DNA from: Paraspadella gotoi
Taxonomy: Eukaryota; Animalia; Chaetognatha
DNA: 64,000 bases
NCBI GenBank assembly: GCA_051294375.1
Contig: CM119264.1
Span: forward strand, 23,692,858-23,756,857
Direction of reading: 5' to 3'
Shown here: one piece after another, positions 24,402 through 36,650 of the stretch
Layout of the letters: every line of letters starts with the position of its first letter
How positions within the stretch are numbered: position 1 is the stretch's first letter
Made by a program: the position numbers and the translations under genes
The notes under the pieces: model-generated
The model's database searches: none
What the model was told of the DNA's origin: nothing
What the model saw: only the letters and a program-made list of their open reading frames with translations

Positions 24402-26319
24402 TACCTTTTTTTACGAAGAAATATGAGATATGAAAAAGTGTTTTATGAAAACTTTGAGAAGGTGTGCGCAATTTTTGTTCCCGTCTCGGGTGACTTACTG
24501 AAAAGACAAACGTAAAAATATCTTCTCTGTTGTGATATTTACTATTTTTTGTGACTGTCTCAGGTTGCATAGAAATGAAAGGAAGAAAAATCTAAAATTG
24601 GTTATTAATCATTTTGAACAGAAAAAGAAAGCGTTATTATTTTTTTTCAAACCCGTTGCGAGAGATATACACATTTATTATGTAATATGGATTATAATTG
24701 AGATGATGAAAGACAGAGGGTGACAAATAAAAAGAAAGGAATGAAAACCATAAAAAATGAAAGTGGAAATGAAGAAACGGTTAAAAAAAAGAAAAAGCAA
24801 AAACGAAAGGCCAAAAAAATAATGATAGATGCCATAATTAAGTCCACAATTACCAGGGAAAAAGTAAAGAGAGCAAACGAAAAGACAAAGAAGTCAAAAA
24901 GACAAAAATATCCCGTCCTCAAAGAATAAGTAAATGTTCTTTTAAATAATAGAAAGAATAATAAAAGAACGAGAAAGAAAGGCAGAAGAAGAAGAAAAAA
25001 GAAAAACTGGAAAAAAGAAAAAAGAGGGTGAAAAGAACAGTGATGGATGATAAGAAGGCCTCTTTATTGGAGGGAGAAAAAAAAAACGGAGAAATGAGAA
25101 GAGAAAAGTGAAGCAAGAGGATAAAGGTTCTTATTAGAAAAAGATAGGAAAAAGAAAAAGTGAGAAAAGAACCGGTTTATTATGAAATTAAGGAAGAAAA
25201 TCTTTTTAAAAATAATAAAATTGAAAACAGTGGTTGATATAGAAAATGTGGGGAAAAAAATATTCAAGAAAAAAGTGATGGGAAAGAAAAAAAAAGTTAA
25301 AAAAAAATTGAAAGAAGTTGTTGATATTGAAAGAGAGGGGGAGAAAAAAAAAAGAAAAGCGGTGAAGAAGAAGAATTTCTTATTGGAAGAAGCATCCAGG
25401 TTCGAAGACGCCAGTTTTCTTGTCACGTGATCAACGCAGTTTTGGGATTCCTACTCGACGGAAAAACCTTTCTCAAGATTATTTTATATATTTTCCGAGA
25501 GCGCCCCATTTCTGTTCCTCAGCCCAAATATTTAACCCTCGTCTCGTACTAAATCTCAAATCTAATCTTTAAAATAATACATAGAAGTAAGATAAAACGG
25601 CTTTTTGGAGAAAATGTAAGTGAACATACGTAAAATAATAATTAATCTTAAAATAATCACGAAATTTTTGGCTCAGTTTCGAGATAAATTTATCCGTTAA
25701 ATGATATATATGTTTTTATATCTCAAAATAATATTCGAAATCCAGCGAAATCGGCTCCATTTCTAAATTATAAGTGGTGAGTCTAAAAAGCCGGGAGGCC
25801 GGCTTGGAGCTGCCGATCACGTGACTTCCTCGTTTTTTATCCATTGTCCGCGGATGTCAATGATCGGGGGAAACGACATGAATGATGCCTTTTTTAAGGG
25901 GAGCTGGGGGATGGGGAGAATTTGGGGAGACAGGGTGGGACAGGCTAGGGTGGGGGGGCACATGTAACTCAACGGGCTGTCGTGGGCGAAGAAATTCGTT
26001 TTGTTTGTTGATGAAAACCCAACTCAAACGCCCTTTCACGAGTTTTTTTTATCAGTTTTTTATTCATTTTTTTTATCAATCTTGTTTTTTTTTTATCAGT
26101 TTCGTCAACGAGAACGGATGAAACGAAAAAACCTCGCAAAACGAAGTGGACCGTGACATTAGATTCGGTCGCGGGTCGTCTCCGGCGACGTCGTCGTTTT
26201 CTTTTCGTCTGATTGTTGCTATGAATGTTGTTTTGGTCTTTTGTCGTTGTTGTCGTTGTTGATGTGAATGAGGCGACTGCCGAGTTTCTCCCGCCTCATT
26301 GAACTCTTTCTCCTTCGCG

Positions 26320-26645
26320 ATATTTCTCCTTTGCTTCGATGCTCCTCTGCTTTCTTGCTCCTTCGCTTCGATGCTCTTCTGCTTGCTTGCTCCTTCGCTT
26401 CGATGCTCCTCTGCTGGCTTGCTCCTTTGCTTTGGTCTTCCTCTGCTTGGATGCTCTTTTGGTTTGCGACTCCTCTGCTTGGCTGCTCCTTTCCTTCGCT
26501 GCTCCTTTCCTTCGCTGCTCCTTTTCTCATTTGCTTCTTTGTTTCGCTGCTCCTCTGATTGGTTGATCCTTTGCTTCACTGCTCCTCTGATTGGTTGATC
26601 CTTTGCTTCACTGCTCCTCTGTTTGGTTGCTTCTTTGCTTGGCTA
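26320..26645. repeat. ~32-bp minisatellite (CTCCTCTGCTTGGCTGCTCCTTTGCTTCGATG-like)
   Basis: About 10 diverged tandem units. Confidence 0.85.
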
Positions 26646-27182
26646 TTTCCCATAATAGCTGCTCCTCTACTTTATCGAACCTCCTTATTGCTACCCCTCC
26701 GCTTCATTTATACTTTTCTGCTTCCTATTTTCTGTTTTATTCATCAGTTCTTTAACATAAATTATGATCAATTAATTTTTGTGATTACTCTTCCACGCTT
26801 TCTTTTAATTTACCTTTAATTTGACAGCCATTTTTTTTCTGCTTTTTTATTTATTTATTTTTTTTAGGGGGAGAGGGGGCTTATTATTTTTCTTTTCATT
26901 AGTACTAAGATTTTTATATGCAATCAAAATGTATTCGTTATAACTGGTTTATTTTTTTCTCTGGAAATCAGGGTAAACAAAAGTAAACAAAGAAATAAGA
27001 AAAAAAGTAGGACCGGATGTTTACTTGAGGAAAGGAGTGGTGAGTCGAAAAGAAAAGGCGGGAAAAAGTGAGGATGGAAAGAGGGAAGGTTAAAGTATAG
27101 GAAAAGAAAGAAGAAGTAAAGGGAAGTACTAAAACTAAAAAAATTCATGAGAAAAGAAGAAAAGAAATATATTAAAAACTAA

Positions 27183-27224
27183 AGCGCTGATGAAGGCTTG
27201 CATTGAAGCCGAAACATGTCTGTT
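27183..27224 (+). ncRNA. Minimal type I hammerhead ribozyme, Penelope-like-element style
   Basis: AGCG-CTGATGA-A-GGCTT(GCATTG)AAGCC-GAAA-CATGTC-TGTT: intact core, 5-bp stem II, palindromic minimal stem III region (ACATGT), GUC cleavage triplet, weak stem I; AATAAA follows. Confidence 0.75.
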
Positions 27225-28126
27225 AAAAATAAAATCTAATCGTTGCTGTAAAAAGACTTAATCTTTATTTCAAACTCAATTAAAAACTATTAAATGAAAA
27301 AAAAAGAAAGTGGGGAAAGAAACAAAGTCTATTAAAACGTCACCAAAATATATAAATGAAATAAATGATTGCGGCTTCAAACGATCGAAAAAGCCATATC
27401 TTACCAAAAGAAACAGACAAAACAAAATCTCGAGAAAACGATAAAAAAAAAACCAAACGAGTAGCTATTTTGACAAAGACATCCGAAGAGAAAGAAGAAA
27501 AACAATAGCGTTAGTCCAAGGAAAAAATAAAGAATGAATAAAAAAATCATGAAAAAGAAAAATGGTCCAGGACAGGAAAAAAAAATCCAATAATAAAGGA
27601 GCTGACTTGGCAACGAACAACAAATGAATTAACCATAAGCGCGGAAAACAGGGGGAAAAAAACCCGGGCTGTTCGGGAATATAAGGACTAAAGGAGTGAA
27701 AAAGGAGGAAATAGGGTTTAAAAAAATGGGGGAGAAGTTGGGGGAGAGTGGGGGAGGTGAATGGGCGTCCAATATCTTTCGGTGAGAGTGGATGGAAGAA
27801 TAGGGAAAAGTCTTCCGGTCCAACACTCATTCCATCGACGAACGATGGAACCGAAAAAGAAAAAGGAGAAAAGAAAGTAAAGAGAAAAAGAAAAAGGAGA
27901 GAAGAAAGTAAAGAGAAAAAGAAAAATGAGAGAAGAAAGTAAAGAGAAAAACAAAATTTAAAAAGAAAAAGAAATGAAATGAAAAAAAAAAATCTTTCTT
28001 GCGCCGAAAAAGGAAGGAAAAACTTCGGTCACATTTTTCCTCTCCGAATTTTTTACTTCCCCAGAAGGCCCTTCTTTTGTCCTTCATTGCCTCTCAACCT
28101 GTCATGTTTTCTCTCTCTCTCTCTCT

Positions 28127-28199
<73 letters not shown>

Positions 28200-28573
28200 C
28201 TTCCCAACCTGTCATGTTTTCTCTTTTCTTTCCCATCCCTTCCAATCCTTTTTCTCGCTCCTTCCTAATCTTTCTTCTTCGAGTCTTCGGCATTTACATC
28301 CGGGTCAACTCCATTCTCTCCACATGGGCGCTGAGCTCGGTCCCGAATCTCTTTGCGTTTTCAACATCCTCAGCATCACCAGCCATTGCCTGCAACTTCA
28401 GCAAAATATCGGCAGCATTATCTTAGGTATGTTCGGAAAAGTGACTGTTATACGTCGTCGTCAAGGGCAACGCCTCCTTTTGTACGCGAGGAATATCGAA
28501 TAATAAAAAAAAGGCTCGAACCGGAAGTTGACGTTGTTGCGTATTCTTTACCTTTCTTCACCTATTTTCACGT

Positions 28574-28640
28574 TTATGAAATTGGTACAACCAATATAAA
28601 AATTATCCATTCATTTAATAAATAAGCTATCTTGCCCTTG
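28574..28640 (+). repeat. Short interspersed repeat TTATGAAATTGGTACAACCAATATAAAAATTATCC...AAGCTATCTTGCCC
   Basis: Near-identical copies at 51001-51067 (+) and ~35729-35851 (-); 5' part only at ~46731 and ~59885. Confidence 0.85.
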
Positions 28641-29749
28641 ACACTGGATAGGCTTTGGTGGTTTAAGGGGACCAAGTGAACAGGGGGGGTAAAAAGCTGA
28701 AAACATAACGTTTGACCCTTTAACTTAAGCTGGTTCTGACCATATAATTTCTTCTTATAATCATTTGGGAAAGTAGTTAAAAAATTCGATGAATCAAGCG
28801 AGCTTAATTTTCTTTAAAAAATCGGTAAGAGAAAATCTTTTCAAGTTTAAAATTTTTTTTTCTAAAAAAGAGTAAGATCCAATTTTAAAAAGTTTTCAGC
28901 TTTTATTACAAAAATTTATAAGAAAAAAAACTAGGAATGAATCAAAATTTAAGGTATCGACTGATTTTATTTAAACTTTCTTTTCAAATGATTCTGTTAA
29001 TTGGATGAAAATAAAACTCTTTGAAGTAATATAAATATAAAAAGAAGAGAAAGATTCTGTACTTTTGCTAAATTTTTTATTGTTATAATTAGGAATCAAT
29101 ATAGTTTAATTATACATTTAAGAGATGAATATAAATATTAATTAATATTATTTACAGTTTGTTTTCTGTAAGAATAGAATTTAGGTTTGATTTGTCTGCT
29201 TTTAAGTAAATATAAAGATAAAAAAATATTAGTCTTGTAAAGCCTTTGTTCAATGAGGCTTAAACCTAAAATTGTAGCTTTGTACAGTAAATATAAAAAA
29301 ATGGAATTGTATAATAAGACGCACGATACGTGCGCCGCTGGCATAGCACTGGGCTTGGGCGGGACGCTTAGTGTCGGGACGCTGTTAAGCGAACCGGCGC
29401 TAAGATTCGGCACTTAGGATTAGAGACGCGGTGCCGAGAAGACGGAGCTGAACGAGATTTGAATTATTTTCTTTTCTTTAATTTTTGCGAAAATTATGTC
29501 ACTGAGACTATGGAAGCCTAAGATTGTACTATTTCTACTACTACTCCTCCTTCTACTTGTTGTACATAAATGGCTATATACTCTGTTGAACGTAGTAAAG
29601 TGGTTGTCGCTGATAGGACGCACAGGGAGAGTAACATTACTAAGTTGATTATTAATACATCTGGCTGGTTGATTGCGCCCTTGGTTGGGAGCGGCGCCGA
29701 CCATTTCTGCCGCAGGTGAGCTAACTAACTCCCCCACAGCACGAGAGTC

Positions 29750-29940
29750 GAAGCGGCGTCAAGAGCTTGAGCGGCGTCAAGAAGCTGAAGCGGCGTCCAA
29801 GAGCTGAAGCGGCGTTCAAAGTGAAAGCGGCGTCAGAGCTGAAGCGCCTTAAGGCTGATAGCGGGCATCAAGAGCTGAAGCGGCGTTCAAGAGCCGAAGC
29901 GGCACCAAAGAGCTGAAGCGGGCGCCAAGAGCTGAAGCTT
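29750..29940 (+). repeat. 18-bp tandem repeat AAGAGCTGAAGCGGCGTC inside the LTR element
   Basis: About 10 units. Confidence 0.85.
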
Positions 29941-32329
29941 ACTAATCGTTTTATTACCTGGAGATTTAGATTCATTCAGTTTTACAGGCTGTACGTATAT
30001 ATCACTCGCGAGATAGAAAACGCCGAGAAATTGTGTTTACCGGTCGTTCACTTCATCACAGTCACAATAAAATACAAAAAAACCAAATTGTCTCTAATCA
30101 TTTATTGCCTGCCGAATGTGCCGCTGATTATATCGCATTTATGTCACGTTATCGTTGGGTTTCCTCTGCGGCATGCGCAGTCGTATGGAATTATTTGTTA
30201 GTGGGTATTTCGCCGGGGATGCTGACAATTCAGAACTCAGAGAGGGTGAGAACATTACTGTTACCGATTGGCCGATAGGGATCGAAAGACTTCAGGAAGT
30301 GCCACAACTGGCAAAGGCATTGACCCGAACCCAGACACGATTGCTGCGGAGGAGCACCAGAGAGAGCTGTGATAAAAGCGGTAGGGCAACTGCATGGACG
30401 TCGTTGATTTTGATATTCAGCCTTTGGAAAGTGATAGGGCCAGGATGGTTCTGGACGGGGCTCACGAGCGCTTCATGAATATCGGCTCGTCGGTCCGCCT
30501 CCACACACGTCCACATCCGCGCTATGCACCATAGTTCTCCAGTTCCATTTGCCTCACAAAGAAGGCTTCTCCACGGTTGATATCAGAGAAGTCGGGCACG
30601 CCCGGACGACTAACCATTCGCCAACGGCAAACGGTGGGTTTGTCAGGACCCACGGCGATCGTCGCCGAAGAGGGGAGGCATCAGTTTGATGTCGGGTGGA
30701 TCCCGCAGTCCCGGGCATCGCAGCGGCGCCGCATTGGTCGATGACGGGGCAAAGGCCGCGGAAGAGAGAAGACAGGTTAGTCGAAACGCCCCGAAATTGG
30801 AGGCCCAGGTGTTGCCGGTTAAGGCCACAAACGCAACAAATGCAGCCGAACGCAACACATTACAAACCAACGCAACAAACGCAGCCGATGCAACAAACGC
30901 AACTGATGCTGACTACGAAGCTGCCGACGACACATTTCAAAGAAAAGGCCACTTGTCGATCGGAATGATGCCAATGGTGAGTTTTTCTTCCAAATCCGAT
31001 GGATGCTGCTGACGGGAAAGACGAAGCTTGGAAATGATGTTTTTCAACATGGAGAAAGTCGGTGTTCAGGAATTTGGCCAAAGTCAAAACAGCCCTCTTC
31101 CATCATGAGTTTCATCAGCGCTCAGAGTTAAAGCCGCTATTGAAATTTACTGCCTTTTCCGCGAAAAAATGAAAAGACGGGAAATTCGAGTTTAGATTCG
31201 CGTGTTGCTGATTTTTTTTAAAAGGAAATTTTGAAAAGGAGAATTCACTCCCAATTTTGTGGCAGGCTCATGCCCGGATGGCCGCCGGCGCCCGTCATCA
31301 ATTTTGAAAATTTCACGGTCAACACGGTCAAGAAGAAAAATAGGGAAATCAGGTATGGCTTGCCCATTCATAGTCTCTTGGAAATGTTAAGTGAATATTG
31401 CGACAAAAATGACTTTAAAATGTGACATGTCTTGGACTGGGAACCTTTGCCGCATGTTAAAAAAAAATATTTAGATTTTGCCAGAAGGCACTTATATTTA
31501 AAATGACGGATGTTTGCCTTAGTTAAACATTTGGAAATTTGACGGATTTATGAGTCGTCATGGCTAAGAAGGAGTGCCATGTCTTTATCCATACCTCACA
31601 AAAAGGGAGTTTGAAGCGTTAAATATTTTGCGATGTTTGATGTCGCTGATTTCGGGGGAAAGGATTCATTCCCCTAAAGTCACACGTTTGAGGTTATGGC
31701 GAGAAGAGCGCCATGGCCTATTTTCAATATTAACAAGAAAAAAAAGGGTGGAAAGCTTTGCCCCCAATGTCACACGTTGGTTGCGGCGAAAAAGAGCGCC
31801 GTGACAATGCTCTTTTCTTCAGCTCAGGAAAAGTTAGCTGAGGAAGAGAAATGAAACTTTATTCAAAATTAGAGGTTTTGGACCGCAAAGGCGGCCAGAC
31901 GTCCACCTTAAAACAATGCGATTGATGATTGGTGTTGATTACTTAATGGGTTTCTATGGAAAGTCAACGTCAACTTTAAAGTTAAAGGGGATTCACGGAA
32001 CGGAGACAAGTTAAGAATTTACAAGTTACAGTTACGGCTTTATTTATTATTTGACTGGTTATTGCGTTATTGACTGTGTGAATGTTTTATTTATTAATCA
32101 TTATGAGTGGATGGTTTATAATTATTATTTGGAGCTTTAATTACAACTTGCTTTGAAAACTGTTATTTGAACTGTTTATTTTTATAGTTCTCGTTTTGGA
32201 TTAGTTTCATTATTCACAAACTGATGAAACCATGTTATTGCCTCCGAGCGAAAACGGCGTGAAGGAAGAGAAGTGAGTTTCTCCGTAGTCAAGACGACGA
32301 AGTCAACGAGGTGTGCAGGCGACCAAAGT

Positions 32330-32570
32330 TTACGGAGGTGCTGCAGACGAAGACGTTTATGAGGTGCTTGCAGAACAAAGACGTTAGGAAGTGCTGGCAG
32401 ATGAAGACGTTAGGGAGTGCTGCAGACGAAGACGTTCGAGGTGCTGCAGTCGAAGACGTTACGAGGTTTGCTGCAGACGACGACGTTACGAGGTTGCTGC
32501 AGACGACGACGTTACGAGGTGGCCGGAAGATTGGCGACGTTACCAAGGTGTGCTGCGACAACGACGTATT
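32330..32570 (+). repeat. ~27-bp tandem repeat GAAGACGTTACGAGGTGCTGCAGAC inside the LTR element
   Basis: About 8 diverged units. Confidence 0.8.
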
Positions 32571-35500
32571 GAGTGCTGCCAGATGACGATGTTACAAGGT
32601 GTTGCAGATTCCAAGATGAGATGCAGCAGATGGATCAGGATGCTGCAGAGCACAAAATTGCAGACGTAGACGCAGATGCAGCCGGGGATTGCGGTCAAGG
32701 AGTTGGCATGCCAGCGCTGCACGCATCGTGCCACTAATGAAAATTTTGTGGGCAAATTGTTGGGGACTGTATAATAGACGGCACGATACGGCGCCGCTGG
32801 CATAGCACTGGGCGTGGCGGACGCCTTAGTGTCGGGTACGCTGATTAAGGCGAACCGGCGCTAAGATTCGGCACTTAGAGATTAAGAGACGCCGGGTGCG
32901 AGAAGACGGAGCTGGAACGAGATTTTGAATTATTTTCTTTTCTTTATTTATGCGAAATATGTCACTGAGACTATGGGAAGCCTAAGATGTACTATTTCTA
33001 CTACTACTCCTCCTTCTACTTGTTGTAACATAATTGGCTGAATATACTCTGTTGAACGTAGTAAAGTGGTTGTTCGCTGATAGGACGCACAGGAGAGTAA
33101 CCATTACTAAGTTGATAGGAATTTAGTAAAAAATACTTTCTTATTGCAAAATAAAATATGGATTATATAAAATTTAGTAGGTCACAAAATTTTTTTTTCA
33201 TAATTATTAATTTTTGTTTCCGCTACCATAAAAGTTAGTGAATTTTTTTGCCGACTTTCTGCCGTGCAAGAAAGAAAAATTAATGACTATCACCATTCAA
33301 ATTCTTTTGATGATAGACCCTTAAGCTTATATATCATTTTTTATCACTGGGTCCCTTTAAGGGTCTCCATCACTCTTACAAGATAATGACATAGCAGGCC
33401 TCCTCCTGTTTAAATTCTCCTTCACTTTCCCTCTCTTTTCTTCTTCTTCTTCTTCTTCTTCTTCTTTCTTCTTCTTCTTCTCTCTTGTTTACTTCTCTCC
33501 CTTTCCTCATTCTCTTCCTTTTTCTCCTCTATTTCTTCTTCTTTCCCTCTTTTCTTCTCTTCTCTTCTCCCCCTTTCTCTTCCTCCTCCTCCTTTTGATT
33601 AGGGCGCCGAAATTCTCGGTCTGGCGTCGGCCCGACTCTTTCGGGGGGGAGGGGCGGGGAGAAAGATGCTACGGGGGATGCGAAGGTGATGGAGAAAGAA
33701 TGGGGCAAAAGATGGAGAAAGATGCTAAAAAATGATGATGGAGAGAATGAGATAATGTGATGTTTAAGGGTGATGATGCAAAGTGATTCCACGATTCATA
33801 AACGAAGGAGAGAATGTAAGGGAGAAACTACGAGATGGAACAACAAAGCAAAATGGCATAGAGATCGGGGAGTAGTAATAACCAGAGTAAGCGATAAAAA
33901 TAATAGAAATTTTTTTAAAAAATTAGAATTAGGAAGATAAGAAAGATTTGGGACTTAACAGCTTATAATGAGTAAGTAGAGAAAAATATAAGAAAAGAGA
34001 AGGAAAAGCAAATAGAGAACCAAATGAAAAATAAAGAAGAGAAAAAAAAGGAGGCAAGTTCCTTGCGGAGACGGTGTCGCATCCTGGCGCCCGATGTCAT
34101 CACCGAAGACGCGGGGAGAGAGATGGTCGCTCTTCTTGTTGTTGTTGTTGTTGTTGTTGTAGTTTTTCTATAAGTAAAATAGTCGATTTAGTTGATTTTT
34201 TGTAATAAACAAAGTCGGTATAGTTGTTGTTGATAGTAGAAAAAGAGCTTGCCGGTTATCTAGGTATTTTGAATAAGGTTTGGTTTTTTTTTTAAGTGTA
34301 TTTTAAAAGAATTTTGTGTAATAGTATTTGTAAAATCATTTAAACAATTTTGTTCAGATGGTTTATTAAATCCTTTATGTTTCGTGAAAACAAATTCAAT
34401 AATTGTAGTTTATTTTGATGCGGGAAACCATTTTGTTGATCCCTTCGTAAAGATGGTTTGCTCAACTAAGCCTAAGGCGCTATAAAAAACTTTCTTTATT
34501 GAATTAAAAATGTCGAGACATCAGGATTCGAACACGAAATCTCCTAATCCCTGCGACGACGACTCTGCTTCGTCGGCCAAACAGGGCCACAAGAGAAGGG
34601 GTTCTCGGCGTCGAAGGTGAATCGACGCGGGGGCGGATGGGAAGGAGAGAGGGCGGGGCCAGGCGTGCTCAGACGCCGCCCCACTTTTTGGATTCACCAA
34701 CTTTCTATTCAAATTCATAGATTTCGTCTCTTCTACAGCATTTTCTTTTCGTCTCAATCATTCAATATCGAATCGACTCCACAAGTTGTATTTTCTTTTT
34801 CTTTGTCATTATTTTTCTTCCACCACAGTATTATTGACCAATGTACGAAAAAATATCAAAAGTTACACTGAGTAGTGGCTGTAAAGGTATTGCGTCTTTC
34901 CCATCGTTTCGACAGCATCTTCCCTCTTTGCTCGTCTCTTCCACATCATCCAATTCTTTCTCCATCTCTCCTCGTCTTTCCCCATATTGCGTCGTTCCCT
35001 TTATTCCTTATTACCGCGATGAAGCAACTTTACAACAAAACTTTACGAGGATTTTACGATAGATTCGGTGGAGCCTGAGAAAGATGAAGACGACGACTAT
35101 GACTACGACGAGGAGGACGACGACAAAGACGACGACAAGGACGATGAAGAAGACGACGATGACGACGACGACGTTGAAGGCGACGAGTCCAAGACTGAAT
35201 TGCAAATTCTCTCTCGTCTAGTCGCGTCAAACAGACTACGTTAAAAAAAGAGATGAAGACGACGAGAAAGATGAAAACGACGACGATAGTAATAAATATG
35301 AAGATTAAAATGTAAACAAATTACGATGGAATCTACAAAGGAGAAGATGAGCCGGAATAGAAAAACAAAATTAAAAAATCCTGTATAGCGTAATCTAAAC
35401 CGATCGTAAAAAATGAAGAGAAAAAAAAAGGTTCCATTTATCGATGGTTTTTAACGTTTGTTAGATACTTTGTGAACCATAAAGATTTGTGTCTCCTTGT

Positions 35501-36025
35501 AAAAAGTTGCCAGGAGCTTTGTTGTTTGAAGTCGTTTCGACGGGTCGTTGGAAGATGGCTCCCAGACAAAGCTTTTGACTCGTGTACGAGTAGGAAATGT
35601 GACATTGAATGTATAATGAAAATATGAAAATATCATATTTTATTTTCCAAATTCTCATATCTTTCATCATTTTATCTTTTGTTCGTCGCCTAATCTTTCA
35701 TATAATCTCTCAAAATCTCTCCAAAGTTAGGGGCAAGATAGCTTATTTATTAAATGAATGCTCTAACTAAAGGGCTCTGGGCCTAACTGACGTCTACCGG
35801 CCTTCGATTCTGGAATGGATAATTTTTATATTGGTTGTACCAATTTCATAATCTCTTATAATTTTTTATATCATCCCCTTAAACTTTCATCACACGAAGC
35901 TTCATCGTTTCGAGTAGCACTAAGTTTCCTTCAGAATTAATTTCAATCTGTTTATCAAACTTCAAATCTGTCAGTAACTACATTAGTCCATGAGTTTACG
36001 TATATTTGAATAGAACTTTATAACT

Positions 36026-36095
<70 letters not shown>

Positions 36096-36264
36096 ATATA
36101 CACTCCTTCAGCGATTAACTCGTTTCAAAGGGAAAAAAGTAAGGAATGTGCAAAACTTTATTAAATCGGCTACGAAGCATCTCGGACTATGAATTTCCCC
36201 GGGCGCCGAGAGCGAGGAAGCGTGGAAGACTGAGGACGCCACATTTCATTATTTAGAGTGGAAA

Positions 36265-36650
36265 CGACGACGATGACGACGACGAACTAAACCATGACGA
36301 CGACGACCACTAGATAATGATGACGATGAAGTTACGACGACGATGACGACGACGGAACTAAACCAGAGAGACGGACGACGACCACTACGATAATGAATGA
36401 CGATGAAGTTAACGACGGACGATGACGGACGACGAACTAAACCATGACGACGAGACGAACGACGGCCACTTGCGATAATGATGACGATGAAGTTAAAACA
36501 CCCGACGATGACGACGAACGAATTAAACCATGACGACGACGACCACCTGCGATAATGATGACGATGATGCTGATGAAGTTTACGACGACGATGACGACGA
36601 CGACTTTGATTATGATGATAACGATGTTCATGACGTCGATGACTAAGACA
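36265..36650. repeat. GAC/GAT-rich ~60-bp minisatellite
   Basis: Repeated GAACTAAACCATGACGACGACGACCACTA-GATAATGATGACGATGAAGTT units. Confidence 0.8.

Larger units (their letters stand above)
29308..33117 (+). mobile_element. Non-autonomous LTR retrotransposon (~3.8 kb), probably Ty3/Gypsy-derived
   Basis: ~350-bp direct LTRs at 29308-29659 and 32768-33117. LTR1 has TGTATAATAA...TTATTAATACA inverted ends; GGAAT TSD at 29303-29307 and 33118-33122; G-run before LTR2. Degenerate gag-like text YFAGD..VTDW..IERLQEV near 30200-30310; no pol seen. Confidence 0.85.
28667..33356. mobile_element. Kolobok-like non-autonomous TIR transposon (~0.88 kb), interrupted by an LTR element
   Basis: TTAA|GGGGACCAAGTGA ... 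TCACTGGGTCCCT|TTAA: 11/13 TIR match, TTAA TSD and RR..YY termini. Confidence 0.65.

Noticed and set aside
30292-30516. Minus-strand IKINDVHAVAL..SQLSLV as a retroviral protease remnant
   Set aside because: Lacks the D-T/S-G catalytic motif and conflicts with the + orientation suggested by the gag-like text and the G-run before LTR2.
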